A stretch of DNA of 62,352 bases, counting the filler, from Circinaria calcarea (Eukaryota): the NCBI GenBank assembly GCA_051942165.1. It is 24 parts of 24 records of this genome, joined end to end, with 100 filler letters (N's around TTAATTAATTAA, not from the genome) between each part and the next. Parts side by side here need not be neighbours in the genome. Positions count along the whole stretch, not along the records: positions 1 to 2,519 come from JAVECS010003473.1; positions 2,620 to 5,137 come from JAVECS010003474.1; positions 5,238 to 7,754 come from JAVECS010003475.1; positions 7,855 to 10,369 come from JAVECS010003476.1; positions 10,470 to 12,979 come from JAVECS010003477.1; 19 more parts are not named here. One strand, 5' to 3'. The position numbers and the translations under genes were made by a program. Positions 1 to 11,624 of the stretch are shown in pieces (within the stretch, counting starts at the first letter, position 1; the number at the start of each line of letters is the position of its first letter). Under the pieces are notes generated by a model. That model was not told where the DNA came from. It saw only the letters and a program-made list of their open reading frames with translations, and did not search any database.

Positions 1-414
1 GCTCTACACTTTTATAAACCGGGATGCTGGTGCCCGCGAACGCTGACCGAATCCGACGAAGAATGGGACCCTAACAACGACGAGCTCAATCTAACTCTAG
101 AGTTCCGTTACGAGCTGCTAGACCACCCCTACATCGAGATATCGCTGGTCTTTGTTAACCACGAGGCCCGCGCCATTGCCCTTGCTTGGGTGCGCAACCA
201 GGGCATTGAGACACACTTCCGCGACGACGACGGTGACAGTGATGACAGCAGACAACAGCAACACCGCCCCATCTTTTTCGTGCGCCCATTCGACCCATTG
301 TATGACGCGGTGTACGTTGCGCCCGATCAATGGAACGAATTTATGTTCTCGTCTTTCGAGCGAGGCTGGATACGCAGAGACGCTCTATTGACTTTCTCCA
401 AGACGGCGAGGTAG
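1..414 (+). CDS. Fungal hypothetical protein, 2EXR-like family (5'-partial, possibly 3'-truncated)
   Basis: Frame 1 is open from base 1: ALHFYKPGCWCPRTLTESDEEWDPNNDELNLTLEFRYELLD...LVFVNHEARAIALAW...FVRPFDPLYDAVYV. The VNxEAR and F.P..D..Y motifs match my recollection of 2EXR-domain proteins. Confidence 0.55.
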   Translation, partial: ALHFYKPGCWCPRTLTESDEEWDPNNDELNLTLEFRYELLDHPYIEISLVFVNHEARAIALAWVRNQGIETHFRDDDGDSDDSRQQQHRPIFFVRPFDPLYDAVYVAPDQWNEFMFSSFERGWIRRDALLTFSKTAR

Positions 415-719
415 GAACTCGTATGAGTGATATTGACGGCTTTTCCTGCGACCGACGACACGGTACTGTGCTGTATCGGGGGAAGCTTTATTACTTGGAT
501 GTTACTCGGGTCTCCAGAGAATATCTGCGATAACTAGCGATTGCACAAATGGTGCAAGAATTCGGTCTTGTCGTGGTGTATCGAGTTGCAAATGATTCGG
601 ATTGTTAGATCGACTGATTGTAATACTTTGAAACTATTCGGCGATATGGGCGATAGCTGAGTTGAGCCGCAGGTGTGCGAGATCTCTTATATTCAATCAA
701 CTTACTTTGGTATAACATG

Positions 720-861
720 AAGTCCGCTCACCGCAGGGTAAATTAATAATTTCGGTAAATTACGGCCCCACCCACCACTATCAGAAGGGTATCCCGGCTA
801 GCTTGGCGAGGTGGGCCGTAATTTACCGAAATTATCAATTTACCCTGCGGTGAGCGGACTT
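720..861. repeat. Near-perfect inverted repeat (49-bp arms, 44-bp spacer), MITE-like
   Basis: 720-768 (aagtccgctcaccgcagggtaaattaataatttcggtaaattacggccc) is the reverse complement of 813-861 with one mismatch. No TSD was found. Confidence 0.9.
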
Positions 862-2195
862 TCGAAAAAATGGGGGGTGGCCAATAACTGATGCTTTATA
901 CTCTTACCTTTTCAAACGGTTTGATTAGGGGATGATTAAAATATGGAGCGAAAAGCGCGCACCTAGCACTTAATTAATTTCCAATTTTATAAAATCCGCA
1001 ATCCCATTTGTAAGAGCTCTACCCGAGAACCCCTACGAACCCTACGGGTGAACTATACACCGAGGTCACGAGGTGTTAGCTTAGCGAAGAAGGGTTTTCT
1101 TCGCGAAGCATTATATTAGAATTCTTTAACAATAGTTTATACGCTTATGCGAACCCATTGAGCTTATTATCACACAATTTACCGACCCTTATTTATAAGA
1201 TTTTTATATTATTCGTAGAAAATCCTTACACAAGGGGCTAAAAACGTGTACAGAATTTTAAAAATCAAAAAAGCAATTTTTTTTTCTCCACACCCGGGCA
1301 CCCCCGATTTCCAAACTACGACGATACTATATGAGAAATTTTGTTTTGTTTTGGGGGGGGGGGGGTTTGATGAGGAGGCTATCGAGGCTGCTCTTCTGTA
1401 ATAGATAGGAGCAGCAGAAACAGGGCTGACAAGCAGAGGAAGCGGAGCTGTGTGCGGCTCAGAGGCTGCTACGCGGGGGCAGAAGACATGCAGGCAGACC
1501 AGCACAAAGGCCAGGCTAATACCATAAGGTCCTTTCGTTCGAGAGGGAGTTGTTGGGAAGTCGCCCTATGGACCGTTACTAGGCCTAGCGTGAGTGTCGT
1601 TCATGTACAAGGAGCGAGTCTCCCACATGGCAAATCCACAGCCATTTCACACATATTCAACAATGGTCATGGTCATGGTAATGATCATGGTCGACGTGTG
1701 TACGTCTACCCGTGGGATGGGATAGAGACGTGTAGATATTAGATCGTGGTTGTGATGGTTTTGTTTCCAGTACGACACAGAAAAATGCAACATCATAACA
1801 ATTCTATAGAGCAAAAGGGGTGGTTTGTAATTATGCATGTTCCATTCCATTACTATTCTAAATACCGTCTATCCCTTCTTGATCTATCAGATTCGCTCGC
1901 TCAAGTGCAGCAGGCAAAAGAACAAGAAAAGGAGACAGAAAGCAGCGTAAAGCGTACACCATCTGCCCGGGTCTAGACTTGATGAAGACCTGTCATATTG
2001 ACATGAAAACTAAAGGTGTAAATATCCCGGATTTCCGTCCAAGTACACCATCTTCGCCAGAGAGAGAGTGACAGGCATCAGCTGGACTAAATAAAGCCAC
2101 AACTGTTTATCCTCCGCCATAATCATGCCATCGTCATATTACTCCAGGGGTCAGCAACAAGAGAGGATTTCTCGTAAGCATTACTGACATGAGAT

Positions 2196-2519
2196 TCATG
2201 CAGCACCAGCGGTGGCGACCGGCTCACTGATCTTCGTAACCTGGTTACCCGCGCGGATGATCCGCTGTCCCTGGTCGTCCTTGACATACTCGATATCCTT
2301 ATTTTCCCGTTGGGCCCTCTTCCAGATTTCCACCTCACATCCTCCACGAATCACACCTACTCGCATCGTACTGAGTAAGTTGTGCGCCGCGTTGCTGTGC
2401 ATGTAGACTCCGCCGTTGAAGATGGCAGTAGCATCCTTGCCAATACCAGAGCTGATCATAGCCTTTCCACCTGGATGGCTCTTGATGAAGTCAGTGACAT
2501 CATGGACAACACCTGCAAC
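2196..2519 (-). CDS. OLE1: Delta-9 acyl-CoA desaturase, C-terminal cytochrome b5 domain (5'-partial)
   Basis: [68 protein letters not shown] contains the HPGG heme motif and the typical fungal Ole1 tail. Confidence 0.93.
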   Translation of the reverse strand, partial: VAGVVHDVTDFIKSHPGGKAMISSGIGKDATAIFNGGVYMHSNAAHNLLSTMRVGVIRGGCEVEIWKRAQRENKDIEYVKDDQGQRIIRAGNQVTKISEPVATAGAA

Positions 2520-2619
2520 NNNNNNNNNNNNNNNNNNNNNNNNNNNNNNNNNNNNNNNNNNNNTTAATTAATTAANNNNNNNNNNNNNNNNNNNNNNNNN
2601 NNNNNNNNNNNNNNNNNNN
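2520..2619. other. Artificial contig linker (44 N + TTAATTAATTAA + 44 N); first of 23
   Basis: Identical 100-bp spacers with stops in all six frames start at 2520, 5138, 7755, 10370, 12980, 15590, 18199, 20806, 23411, 26016, 28621, 31225, 33826, 36426, 39025, 41622, 44219, 46813, 49407, 52000, 54591, 57180 and 59767. Contig lengths never increase along the window. Confidence 0.99.
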
Positions 2620-3102
2620 GGGGGAGGGAGATTTGGAGCAACTTGTTTTTTTTTCTTTTTTTTAATACGCAAAACCCCAAAACACAAAGCAACGAAATTT
2701 GCCGGGACAGAGTTAAAAAAGGGGAGCCAGCCCCCCCAATGGGCTAATCTAGGCTAGGGCTTTACAGCTAACCAATTTCTTTTCCAAGTTTCAAGTAAAA
2801 AATGGTAAGGTGTAGAGAGAGGGGGGTGCTGGGAAACGAAATGAAACGAAATGAAATTCTGTTGAGATAAAAAATTCCTATCCTAACAAAAAAAAGGCAA
2901 AATAAAGAGCGTAAAAAACCATGGAATGGCGTTTTTTTTCCCCCAATAAATAATAATCTAGGCTAATCTAATTTTCCCAAGAACGCCTATATAATACAAA
3001 GGCCGCCCGGGGGGGGGGGTATCTCTTGTTTTTACATTTTACAGTTTACATGCGAAACGCCCCCATAAGAAAATGATGATGATAATCCAAAACAATCTTC
3101 TT

Positions 3103-4340
3103 TCAGTCGGAATCATACGCCACAAGCGGTTGCTTGACGGGACTTGATCCCGCGTTTTGCTCAGGTGTCACCACGTTGCTATTTGAGGGAAGGTCCCGTT
3201 TCCGCTTGATTCCCAGGGTGATGCTAGCAGAAGGTACCGCCGCCGCTGTCGCCGAGTCCGTCAAGAATGGATCCATCATAGCGCGAGTATTATTCCGTAG
3301 CTCCCGACGGAACTTTTCCTTGTGCATTTCTAGCTCCTGCAGACTTTTGAGCTGTCTGGTTTTGGTTTTGGTTTGGGTTTTGCTAGTAGATCCCACGCCC
3401 ACCTGGCCCGTACTCGTGTCGTTGGCAAAGAACGGTCGTGCGTGAGCTCTATGTACCGCCCTTTCGCTGCCGCTTTGACCAAAGTCACCAAACTCGACAA
3501 ACTGTGCCCGTTGACGATCATCCTCGGTCTCTTCCAACAGATCCATTCCTAAGCTCATCCGGTCCTTGAGGTCCTCGGTTAGATCCTCATTCTTCTGCCG
3601 GACCTTTCTGTCCGCCCTGAACGCTCTCCGTAGTTTTTTGCTCGCGGCATAAGGGTCATCCCAATCCTTCTCTTTTGCCAGCTGTAATTCTTCAATGCGG
3701 CTCTTGTCGGTCGTGGCCTGCTTCCGGTCATCGATTTTGACTTCAAGCGCGGCGAACGCATCTTGCTGCAGCCGCTCCCGTTCTTCGTCGGTTCGGATCT
3801 GGATTTCCCCCTCGTGCACCTTATCATCTCCTATATCCCGCTTCTTGGCGCCCTCGGTGACAACATAGGCAGTATTCTTGGGATCTGTTTGTATCTCGAT
3901 CCATCCACCGCAGGCCACATGTTTCATCCGAAAGCTAAAGATGGGTGTGCTGTAATAGTTTCCCACTTTCTTCTTCTCTGCGTTGAAGCGTACCCCTTGG
4001 CCGATAATGGTGGGCTTGGGGCAGGTGGTGCACCAGATTGGAAAGGGCATCTCAAAACGTACGGTGAGAATACCCTGGCCGGACTTGCGCGCGCGATTTC
4101 CGAGTGCATTCCTGTGCAGGGTTAGACGACGTATAAGAAGATACAGGAGAGTCAGAAACGTACTTGCCGGCAAGCTTATTAGCAGAGGTAGTTCCTTCGT
4201 ACTCCGGTGGGACATAGCTGAAACAGCAGTGAGCCTCGGTGACTTGAAAGCACGATATAGATGGCCATACCGTCCCATATCTGGACGAAGTTAGTATATA
4301 GAAGACATGAAGGCACTATCCACTTACTGAACCCCTGCAT
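3103..4340 (-). CDS. YJU2B: CWC16/Yju2-family (DUF572) splicing factor, CCDC130/YJU2B type; 3 introns
   Basis: The spliced start reads MQGFNMGRYVPPEYEGTTSANKLAGKNALGNRARK, followed by VRFEMPFPIWCTTC...GVRFNAEKKKVGNYYSTPI...IQTDPKNTAYVVTEGA. GT-AG introns at 4281-4327, 4218-4270 and 4112-4163. Confidence 0.9.
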
Positions 4341-5237
4341 CTTTGGAGTCGAGGAGCCCTAAGGCTCTAAGCAACCTGTGGGGAAGGGATATTAATCTCA
4401 GCCAGATTATCCAAAAGTCCATGTACCATGATCCAAGAATTCAAATCCAGTCAAATCCCATCCTCAGCGCATTATATTTCACAAGATTTCCTAGCTCCTA
4501 CGAGTACCGATGGAATGACGCTGCCTACTTTACCCGATCCGGAAACATGTTACCTCCGTATATAAAATACAACCATTTCGAGAATTTATAAATTTTACTA
4601 ATTCTTTACCCCCACGAGGGATTTTTCTTAATTAAAAAATTTGTCATGTATTAAATATAATAATAATCTACTAACTTTTACGGTAGTTTTTCGAGGCTCC
4701 GTGTATTTTAAAAGCGGCGTTCGTTTGGGAATAGGATTTTTATATGCGAGGGTATAAGAACCTTCTAATTGGGCGAGACTTGGGCCCGCTCCGTCGTATA
4801 TTTAAATAGAAGTGTATTCTCAAAACGGTGACCTGAAGACTCTCTCTCGGCACTGGACGGACAGGGTTTTTGGATAATTCTACCTCGATTACGACTTGGT
4901 ATATAGCGTTATAAAATCCATTAATACCCATAATAATAGAGCCATCCATTAGGCGCCCCTACCACCGAATAACCTCAGACCCTCCTCTCCGACATCCTCT
5001 TCCTCACTCCCAGATAGGTCCCCTTCACCCAGCTTACTTCTATTCCCCAACAAACCCCCGAAAAACTCCCCAACCTGCCTTTCCCCCCAGGTACACCTAT
5101 CCTCTCTGGCCATAAAATTCTGCAACTTTTCATGTACNNNNNNNNNNNNNNNNNNNNNNNNNNNNNNNNNNNNNNNNNNNNTTAATTAATTAANNNNNNN
5201 NNNNNNNNNNNNNNNNNNNNNNNNNNNNNNNNNNNNN

Positions 5238-6021
5238 TCAATGGCAAACTCCAATAGTCATAGCAATCGCCAACGGTCATGAAGACATGGCGCAACTACT
5301 GCTAAAGCGAAATGATATCGATATCAACATTGCAGACGATCAAAGGCGAACTCCAATACATATAGCAATCGCCAAAGGTGATGAGAATATAGCACAATTA
5401 CTGCTAAAAAGAGATGGTATTAACGTCAACTTTCGAGACTATGAAGGCCGAACTCCAATACACGTAGCAGTCGCCACTGGTACTGAAGACATGGTAAAAT
5501 TAATGCTAGAGCGCAAGGAAGTTAACATAAATACTTGGGACCATTCGGGATTTACGCCACTGCTATCAGCAGTTCGCCGTGGGAATGAGACACTGGTGAA
5601 ATTATTGCTAAAGCGAGAAGACATCGATGCACAGGCCAGAGATAAAGGTTTTAATACTCCGTTAATAAACGCTGCTTGGAACGGTCACGAGAACATGGTA
5701 CGCTTACTTTTGGAGCACAAAGACACCGATATAAACGCTCGTAATTATTGGGGCTGGACAGCACTACTAGCTGCGGCCATTAAAAGTAATAGCACGGTCG
5801 TGCAGCTGCTTATCGAGCGAAATAGTGCGTCCGGGATAGATATCATGTCCGGTGTAGTGGGAGGGAAGAAGTTCAAATATGGATTGATAGCAAGCTGTGA
5901 TATCGCTGCGAATTGGGCGAAGTGGAGGGCTGAATGGGAACCGATTGACTGTCCGAGTGATTATAACGACGAGGAGCGACGAGAACTAGAATGCTCGGAG
6001 AATACGTCAACCACCTATTGA
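5238..6021 (+). CDS. Ankyrin-repeat protein, C-terminal part (5'-partial)
   Basis: About six 34-aa repeats of the form TP(I/L)xxAxxxGxExxVxLLL, with a 102-bp nucleotide periodicity. The frame is open from the contig edge. Confidence 0.92.
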
Positions 6022-6952
6022 GAAGCAGAGTCTCTTAGCACGTATGGCCATCAGACCGGCATGAGATAGCTGGTTGAAAAGTCAAACAAAGCGCGGTGCG
6101 AAGAGGAAAGCCGGGAATAGGCCCGGTTCGGGCAACATCGACGGTGGTTGGGATGATACCGAAACCATATCCTGTCAGAGGATTGAGCTCCTCGGCTGTT
6201 GACTTGCTGGTTGGCCTAGACGTTTCGAAGCACAGGACCCTAAGCTTGAGCCGACGAAGAATAGCCTGGGCAAAAAGCCTTCAGCTGCCCAGATTTTAGC
6301 CGCAGCAACTACCTCGTGGAACCACGGCTATTTATTTTAAGGGAATCTCCACCGAGTCCGGCATAATTGCGCAGGGTGGAAAGGTTGTGGTTATGAATTT
6401 CGGTCGGGCTTGAAGTATGTCTGGCTTTCCGGAGCTTAATGGCTCTTTGAGATGCAACAGGAGGCAAGTTTGGAGGATGGAAAATATGGATTACGGACGG
6501 TTATAGACAGTAGGGGATGAACTTATGGATATGATAATAGAGGCAAGTGAATGCCATAATACCTAAACTGGTCACCTTTCCGAACCCCCTCGCAACTTGT
6601 CGCTCGTCCCCGCGCTTGACCAGTACCACCTTCATATTCCGTTCATGGACATGTTTGTCTGGGATTCTCAGGCCCACTCTTTCGACTGGCTGATGAGGAG
6701 TCAGATAAAACAATCGGGATCAGAATCGCAAGGAACCTAAACACGTGAGGAAAAGAGCAAGATGGACTCAGGTTTGTGGAAGAAGAAATCCCAAGACAAG
6801 TATCAACGAGGAAGAGCGAGTGTCAGTACAGGCATAGAATAATAGGATTCCATTGCCCACTCTAGGGCTTGATCAGAATGCTGGGATTAGCTTTCTCTGA
6901 GTAAATGGAAGACGCCAGTTTCTTGGAGATGTAGAAATGGGAGTATCAAGTG

Positions 6953-7465
6953 CAGCGCTGCCAGTAGTCCGGCAGTCCGGACTGCAGTCCAGACTGGCAG
7001 TCTACACAGTCCAGTCCACAGTCCAGAGTAACCGGACTGAACTGAAAATCCAGTCTAAGGGTACTGGACTGGACTGGACTGCCAGTCTGGACTGCAGTCC
7101 ACCTACTAAATATTAGTGGAAATTAGGTATAGGGAAAGTAGTGGGGAGCTTTCGGAATCTTGATTTTCCGGCGAAATTTAAGACTCTAAACTAGTCTTAA
7201 TTAGGTGATTTTTGACGTCATGTCGCGTAATTTATTGAAACACCACACCAAAAAGCTCGTGATATCAAAATACTAATATTAGTGCTATAAATATTCCCTA
7301 GCTCCCAAATATAGAAAATTTCTATACTTATTTAAAAATTTCTGCCACATATTTCCTCTATTAATTTTACCCTATAAGTCTTGGCAGTCCAGTCCACCCT
7401 TCAGACTGCCAAGCCAGTCACAGTCCAGCCTCTGGACTGGACTGTTTGGACTACTGGCGGCGCTG
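6953..7465. mobile_element. Non-autonomous hAT-type DNA transposon (MITE), 513 bp
   Basis: 18-bp TIRs cagcgctgccagtagtcc / ggactactggcggcgctg (17/18 match). Perfect 8-bp TSD atcaagtg at 6945-6952 and 7466-7473. Dense subterminal cagtc/gactg repeats and an AT-rich non-coding core. Confidence 0.92.
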
Positions 7466-7854
7466 ATCAAGTGCTCTATTGGAAGAGGTGAGAGACGGAG
7501 GATAGAGTGAGGAGAGGTTTAGCAAAAGAACAATGGTAGGAAGAAGCTCTTCTGCGTGACGATAAAGGGAAAATCCGCACGTATAATATGCGCCAAGCTG
7601 AGTGTATGAACCTAGTGTCGGTCACTCGACGCAAGGTGACTTCTTCGATTCTATCTATTATATAAAAACAGATTGCGAATAGAGTCTGAGAGGGGAGAGT
7701 TCCTCCATCTGTTCTTATACTAGACCTAATGTCTAATATAGTATATTTTCAGGANNNNNNNNNNNNNNNNNNNNNNNNNNNNNNNNNNNNNNNNNNNNTT
7801 AATTAATTAANNNNNNNNNNNNNNNNNNNNNNNNNNNNNNNNNNNNNNNNNNNN

Positions 7855-8421
7855 GCTGCCTCCCGAGAACGCAGCCACAGATGCCCCACCCAACAACACC
7901 GCTCCACCAACCCCAACCCCCATAACTCCCGCCAAAGCCGCACCACCCATTCCCGCACTTTGCAGGAACGCAAACAGACTACCCGAGTTGACAGCTGCGC
8001 CAATGGCGGACTGCCATCCGGCAGCAGCAGATCCAGCCACGGGACCTAGGGCGCCAAAGCCTAGGATCGGCAGGATGGCAAAGGAAAGGGAGGCAGTGAA
8101 TCCGAGCACCTGCGCTGCAAAAAGATATGGATGTTCTCTAATGTAAGTAGCAAGCCGACGGCTGTATCTGGAGAGGATGTCGCCGATCTGGCGGATAAAG
8201 TTGGCGACGTCGAAGATGGTGCGAGGGATGGTGAAGGGAACGAGGGGGCGGAGGTCAGTGGAGAGAAGGGTGATGGCTTTGTCTGATTTTGATATGATGA
8301 GGTTAGTTCCGTTGTTGGGAGGGTTGGAGTAGCAAAGAGGGTATGTATTGAGGGACTATTTGAAATTGACGCTGCTGGAGTATCCTTGCTTACTTTGATC
8401 GTTTTTTCGTTGCATCGCCAT
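7855..8421 (-). CDS. Gly/Ala-rich hydrophobic protein with ISG12/IFI27-like (Ifi-6-16) motif (3'-partial)
   Basis: LGFGALGPVAGSAAAGWQSAIGAAVNSGSLFAFLQSAGMGG. The frame is open upstream to an acceptor near 8283. A putative first exon MAMQRKNDQ starts at the ATG at 8421 with a gtaagc donor; the start is less certain. Confidence 0.6.
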
Positions 8422-10549
8422 GACCGCGCTGTAGTGAAGAGGACGGTTTTGATTTCGATTTTAAAGGAACGCGTGTTGGACCTGTAAAGTTGAGAGGAAA
8501 GGGTAAGAAGATTGGTTTTTGTTTCTGCGGTGTAGGTACCTTTAGTTTCCGGTGGCAGCTAGAAATACGCGTTACATCATACAACTTGTGGTGTTGTACT
8601 CAACTTTTTCGAAGTTTATTCTGTGTTTACGTGCATTGAAGCCTGGAAGCTTCCATCCGGAAAATCTAGCACGTGATTGTGGTTGCCTTATCGCTTATTG
8701 CAGATCGTATTACCAACCGATATGCCCCGGCGACCGCGGTACATTCAACAATTACCCCGACTTTCAGAAAGCAGAAAAGGGGGTTCTACTGCTCATTGCA
8801 CCGGACCCCTATCCTATCCCCCTCCGGCTACAAGAACCCCATATACCACACCACCCTCATCACCAATTCCAGCCCTCAAGGCTAGTAGAAATGATTCCCT
8901 TCTCGTCATATTTCTTGCCCCAAGAAAACCACAAAGTACAAAAAGCAAAAAGTTCACGCACATTCCCGTTTGGCTTTGACCTTACCCTTCCAAACCTTCC
9001 GACTCATAGTTCGAACGCGCCGGAAAAAGTTCTGCATTGCGCATCACTGGCCAAATCCTCTTCTCCCCCCCCCCCCTCCTGGGTAGATATGAATACTTCT
9101 AGTCTACCCGTATTTTCCCAAGAGGGGCCGCCGCCCCTTCGGTTCAAAAAGGTCTGGCTTTGCAAAACGACTTAAAGGGGCGCCATATTCGCCCATTATA
9201 TAAAAAAATACGCTTTGGGATGGATCCTCTGGTTTTGGATAGAGGTAGCAGGAACAAAACCAGTCATGAATAAAATTTAGAAAAGAGGTTTCGTGGTTCA
9301 AAAGCTGCCCGCTCGCTCCTCCGGAAACCGGTTCTCCAGAACGAGGGGTTCCAAGACGCCCCCTGGACCTTTCCCCCCCCTCTTTCCAATACCACACAAA
9401 TCCTTTTTCACCATGTTTACTCGCTTGTGCTCGTTGGAAACCAAGCACAGTCATCTGGTACCGGAGGGCCATCAGTGACAGGACGAACAACCATCTTGCA
9501 AAGCCCTGTAGAACAAAGCCAGGAGCCAGGCCGAAAACTTTACGACGTAAAAAGCTAAAGGGGCAGCGAAAAACGCGTGGCTTCGCGAAAAGATACGGCT
9601 GGGAGGGAATGAGGGACCAAGGGAAAGGAGAATTTTTAACCATGGGGAAAGAAATATGGGCACTTTTTCGGTGTGATATATATTCTCGCGTGAAATTATA
9701 AAATACACAATAACTAAACACCGGTAAAATTGCTCCAAAGGGGGGGGGGGGCAGATTTTCGCAGACGATTAAAACTTTTTCGTCGATTTACAAACCGCCA
9801 GCGCACCGAAACCCAACTGAGCGAGAATTAGAATATGGGGAGGGGCCTCGGGTTTCCAAGTGGAACGTAACCCGCAGCCTACAGCAAACGATTTGAAAAA
9901 TCCACGTAATCGACCGCTTTTATAAAACACAATGGTTGCCGGGAACAGTGCTGATATATATGCCTTTAACCGGGAACAGAGAAGCTAGTAACAACATGGG
10001 ACCTGGTATATAGGTACTTTTCATAAAACGGCCAGTGACGATAAAATAACGAAATCCATACGTAGAAATTTCCCCCACCCTCCCGGGGCTTTTTTGGCTG
10101 ATCAGATTTCCCGGACGTTGAGCGGGAACCGGAACCGGGCGCCCATATATTTAAAGCCCTTGACGGAAGATACCTAGACGAAGACGACGAAACGGCCCAA
10201 AGTAACCAAACTGGCCCAAGCCTGCCCCGAAAAAGAAGATGAAGATGCGCTTTTGGCTTGGGGAGTTCCCTCCCCCCCTTCTTCTTTCACGGACGGAAAA
10301 CCGATTACGGAAGTAACCGGCGCAAGCAGTTGGGGTCACAAAAACGACGGGAATATATCCGGGTTAAAANNNNNNNNNNNNNNNNNNNNNNNNNNNNNNN
10401 NNNNNNNNNNNNNTTAATTAATTAANNNNNNNNNNNNNNNNNNNNNNNNNNNNNNNNNNNNNNNNNNNNACCCTCGGTTTCACTGTTCGTTTGTCGTCGA
10501 AACGCAGGGAATGAGTTGACTTTTTCGGTGGCGGCTAGAAGGAGAGCGG

Positions 10550-11387
10550 AGAGATATTATTTTACTGGACGCCAGGATAGGGAACCAGTAACCGGCGCCG
10601 TCCATTGTCAGCCAAGGAAACATTATCGCTGGTGTCCTCCCAGTTGTTTTCCATCAGAATTACATCTGCCATGTTGATAGCATCCAGTTCTTCGTCGGCT
10701 GTATCGACGCGAAGGTGCGCCCCTCCCCATCCTCACTGAATTCGATATCCATCCCACCCATGCGGGCGTCTTTTAGCTGCCCTAATTCTCTCTTTTTGTC
10801 TATTCCATCTAGAGTCGAGTCAGTTTCACCCCTTTCACACTGTCTCAATAATGGCACCGTTCGAAGTTGAACTTCTAAAGCGTCCATTCCAGTGTCCATT
10901 CTCTCTAGGTAGACTAGAGATGTTCCTTTCGGCAACCTTTTATAAACGCGAGCATCTTAAGCCCCAGTACGGTATATCAAAGTGGCTGAGGTTTATCGAA
11001 TCCACGATTCAATATGAATAGCGCCTCTGCCAATGATAGGGTGAGAGAATGACTGACCATAAAGCTTGCTCGATTGACACGCTTCTCTTCCTTCAGCAAA
11101 GCTGTGAGTAGTCCTCTCCAATCGCAGCTCATCTCAACCTCCGAGTAGTCAATCTTGAAGCCAGAAACCTCAGTGTCGTTCACAAACTGCCGAAGATGGA
11201 CAAGCTGGGGCAGATTGGCCCAATAATCTTGTGGTCTGGTTGCCAAGACGAGTTTCAATATCTTAAAAAGCCTTTTGCTATACCAATTATGGGCATCATA
11301 TTGAGTGAAGTTGACAAATCGATCATCTTCATCTGCTAAACTCGAAAACGAGAATTCGAACCATTCTCGATTCACCGTATTCTTCAA
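10550..11387 (-). pseudogene. Fragmented fungal hypothetical gene (possibly the C-terminal part of an F-box-associated protein)
   Basis: Coding-like segment ...HLRQFVNDTEVSGFKIDYSEVEMSCDWRGLLTALLKEEKR, followed by further pieces that need a frame change near 10710. There is no ATG, and a dispersed repeat lies where the 5' end would be. Confidence 0.4.
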
Positions 11388-11460
11388 TATGCAAGCAGTC
11401 CGATGGCTTCCCTCCCTGTAACGAACCGCTTTTCTGCGCCTGGCTTATGTCGAATGCGTC

Positions 11461-11547
11461 TGGCTCAGGGCCAATACGCTTAATTTTATTATACCGGGAC
11501 GAGACTCAATACCGGACGACCCCCCGGGGAAAGCTTGGCGACCCCCC
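11461..11547. repeat. Dispersed repeat, homologous to 22261-22350
   Basis: tggctcagggccaatacgct...tttattata...accggacgaccccccggggaaagcttgg aligns with tggcttagggctaatacgcc...tttattata...accggacgaccccccggaaagcttgg on another contig. Confidence 0.75.
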
Positions 11548-11624
11548 TAGACACGGGGTCTTTTTTGAAAGAAGTCTGAGAGACATATAAACAACTATGG
11601 CTTAAATATATAATGCATTTAGCT

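Noticed and set aside
1663..1691. Short simple repeats (atggtc here; gaaacgaaat near 2833; tatggacc near 41791; atgct near 61570)
   Set aside because: Ordinary microsatellites with few copies.
2564..2575. TTAATTAATTAA recurring about every 2.6 kb as a biological repeat
   Set aside because: Always centred in N-runs; it is an artificial six-frame stop linker.
8500..10369. ORFs 8552-9175 and 9104-9721 as genes
   Set aside because: Non-ATG starts, no motifs, and homopolymer-rich noisy sequence resembling low-quality read ends.
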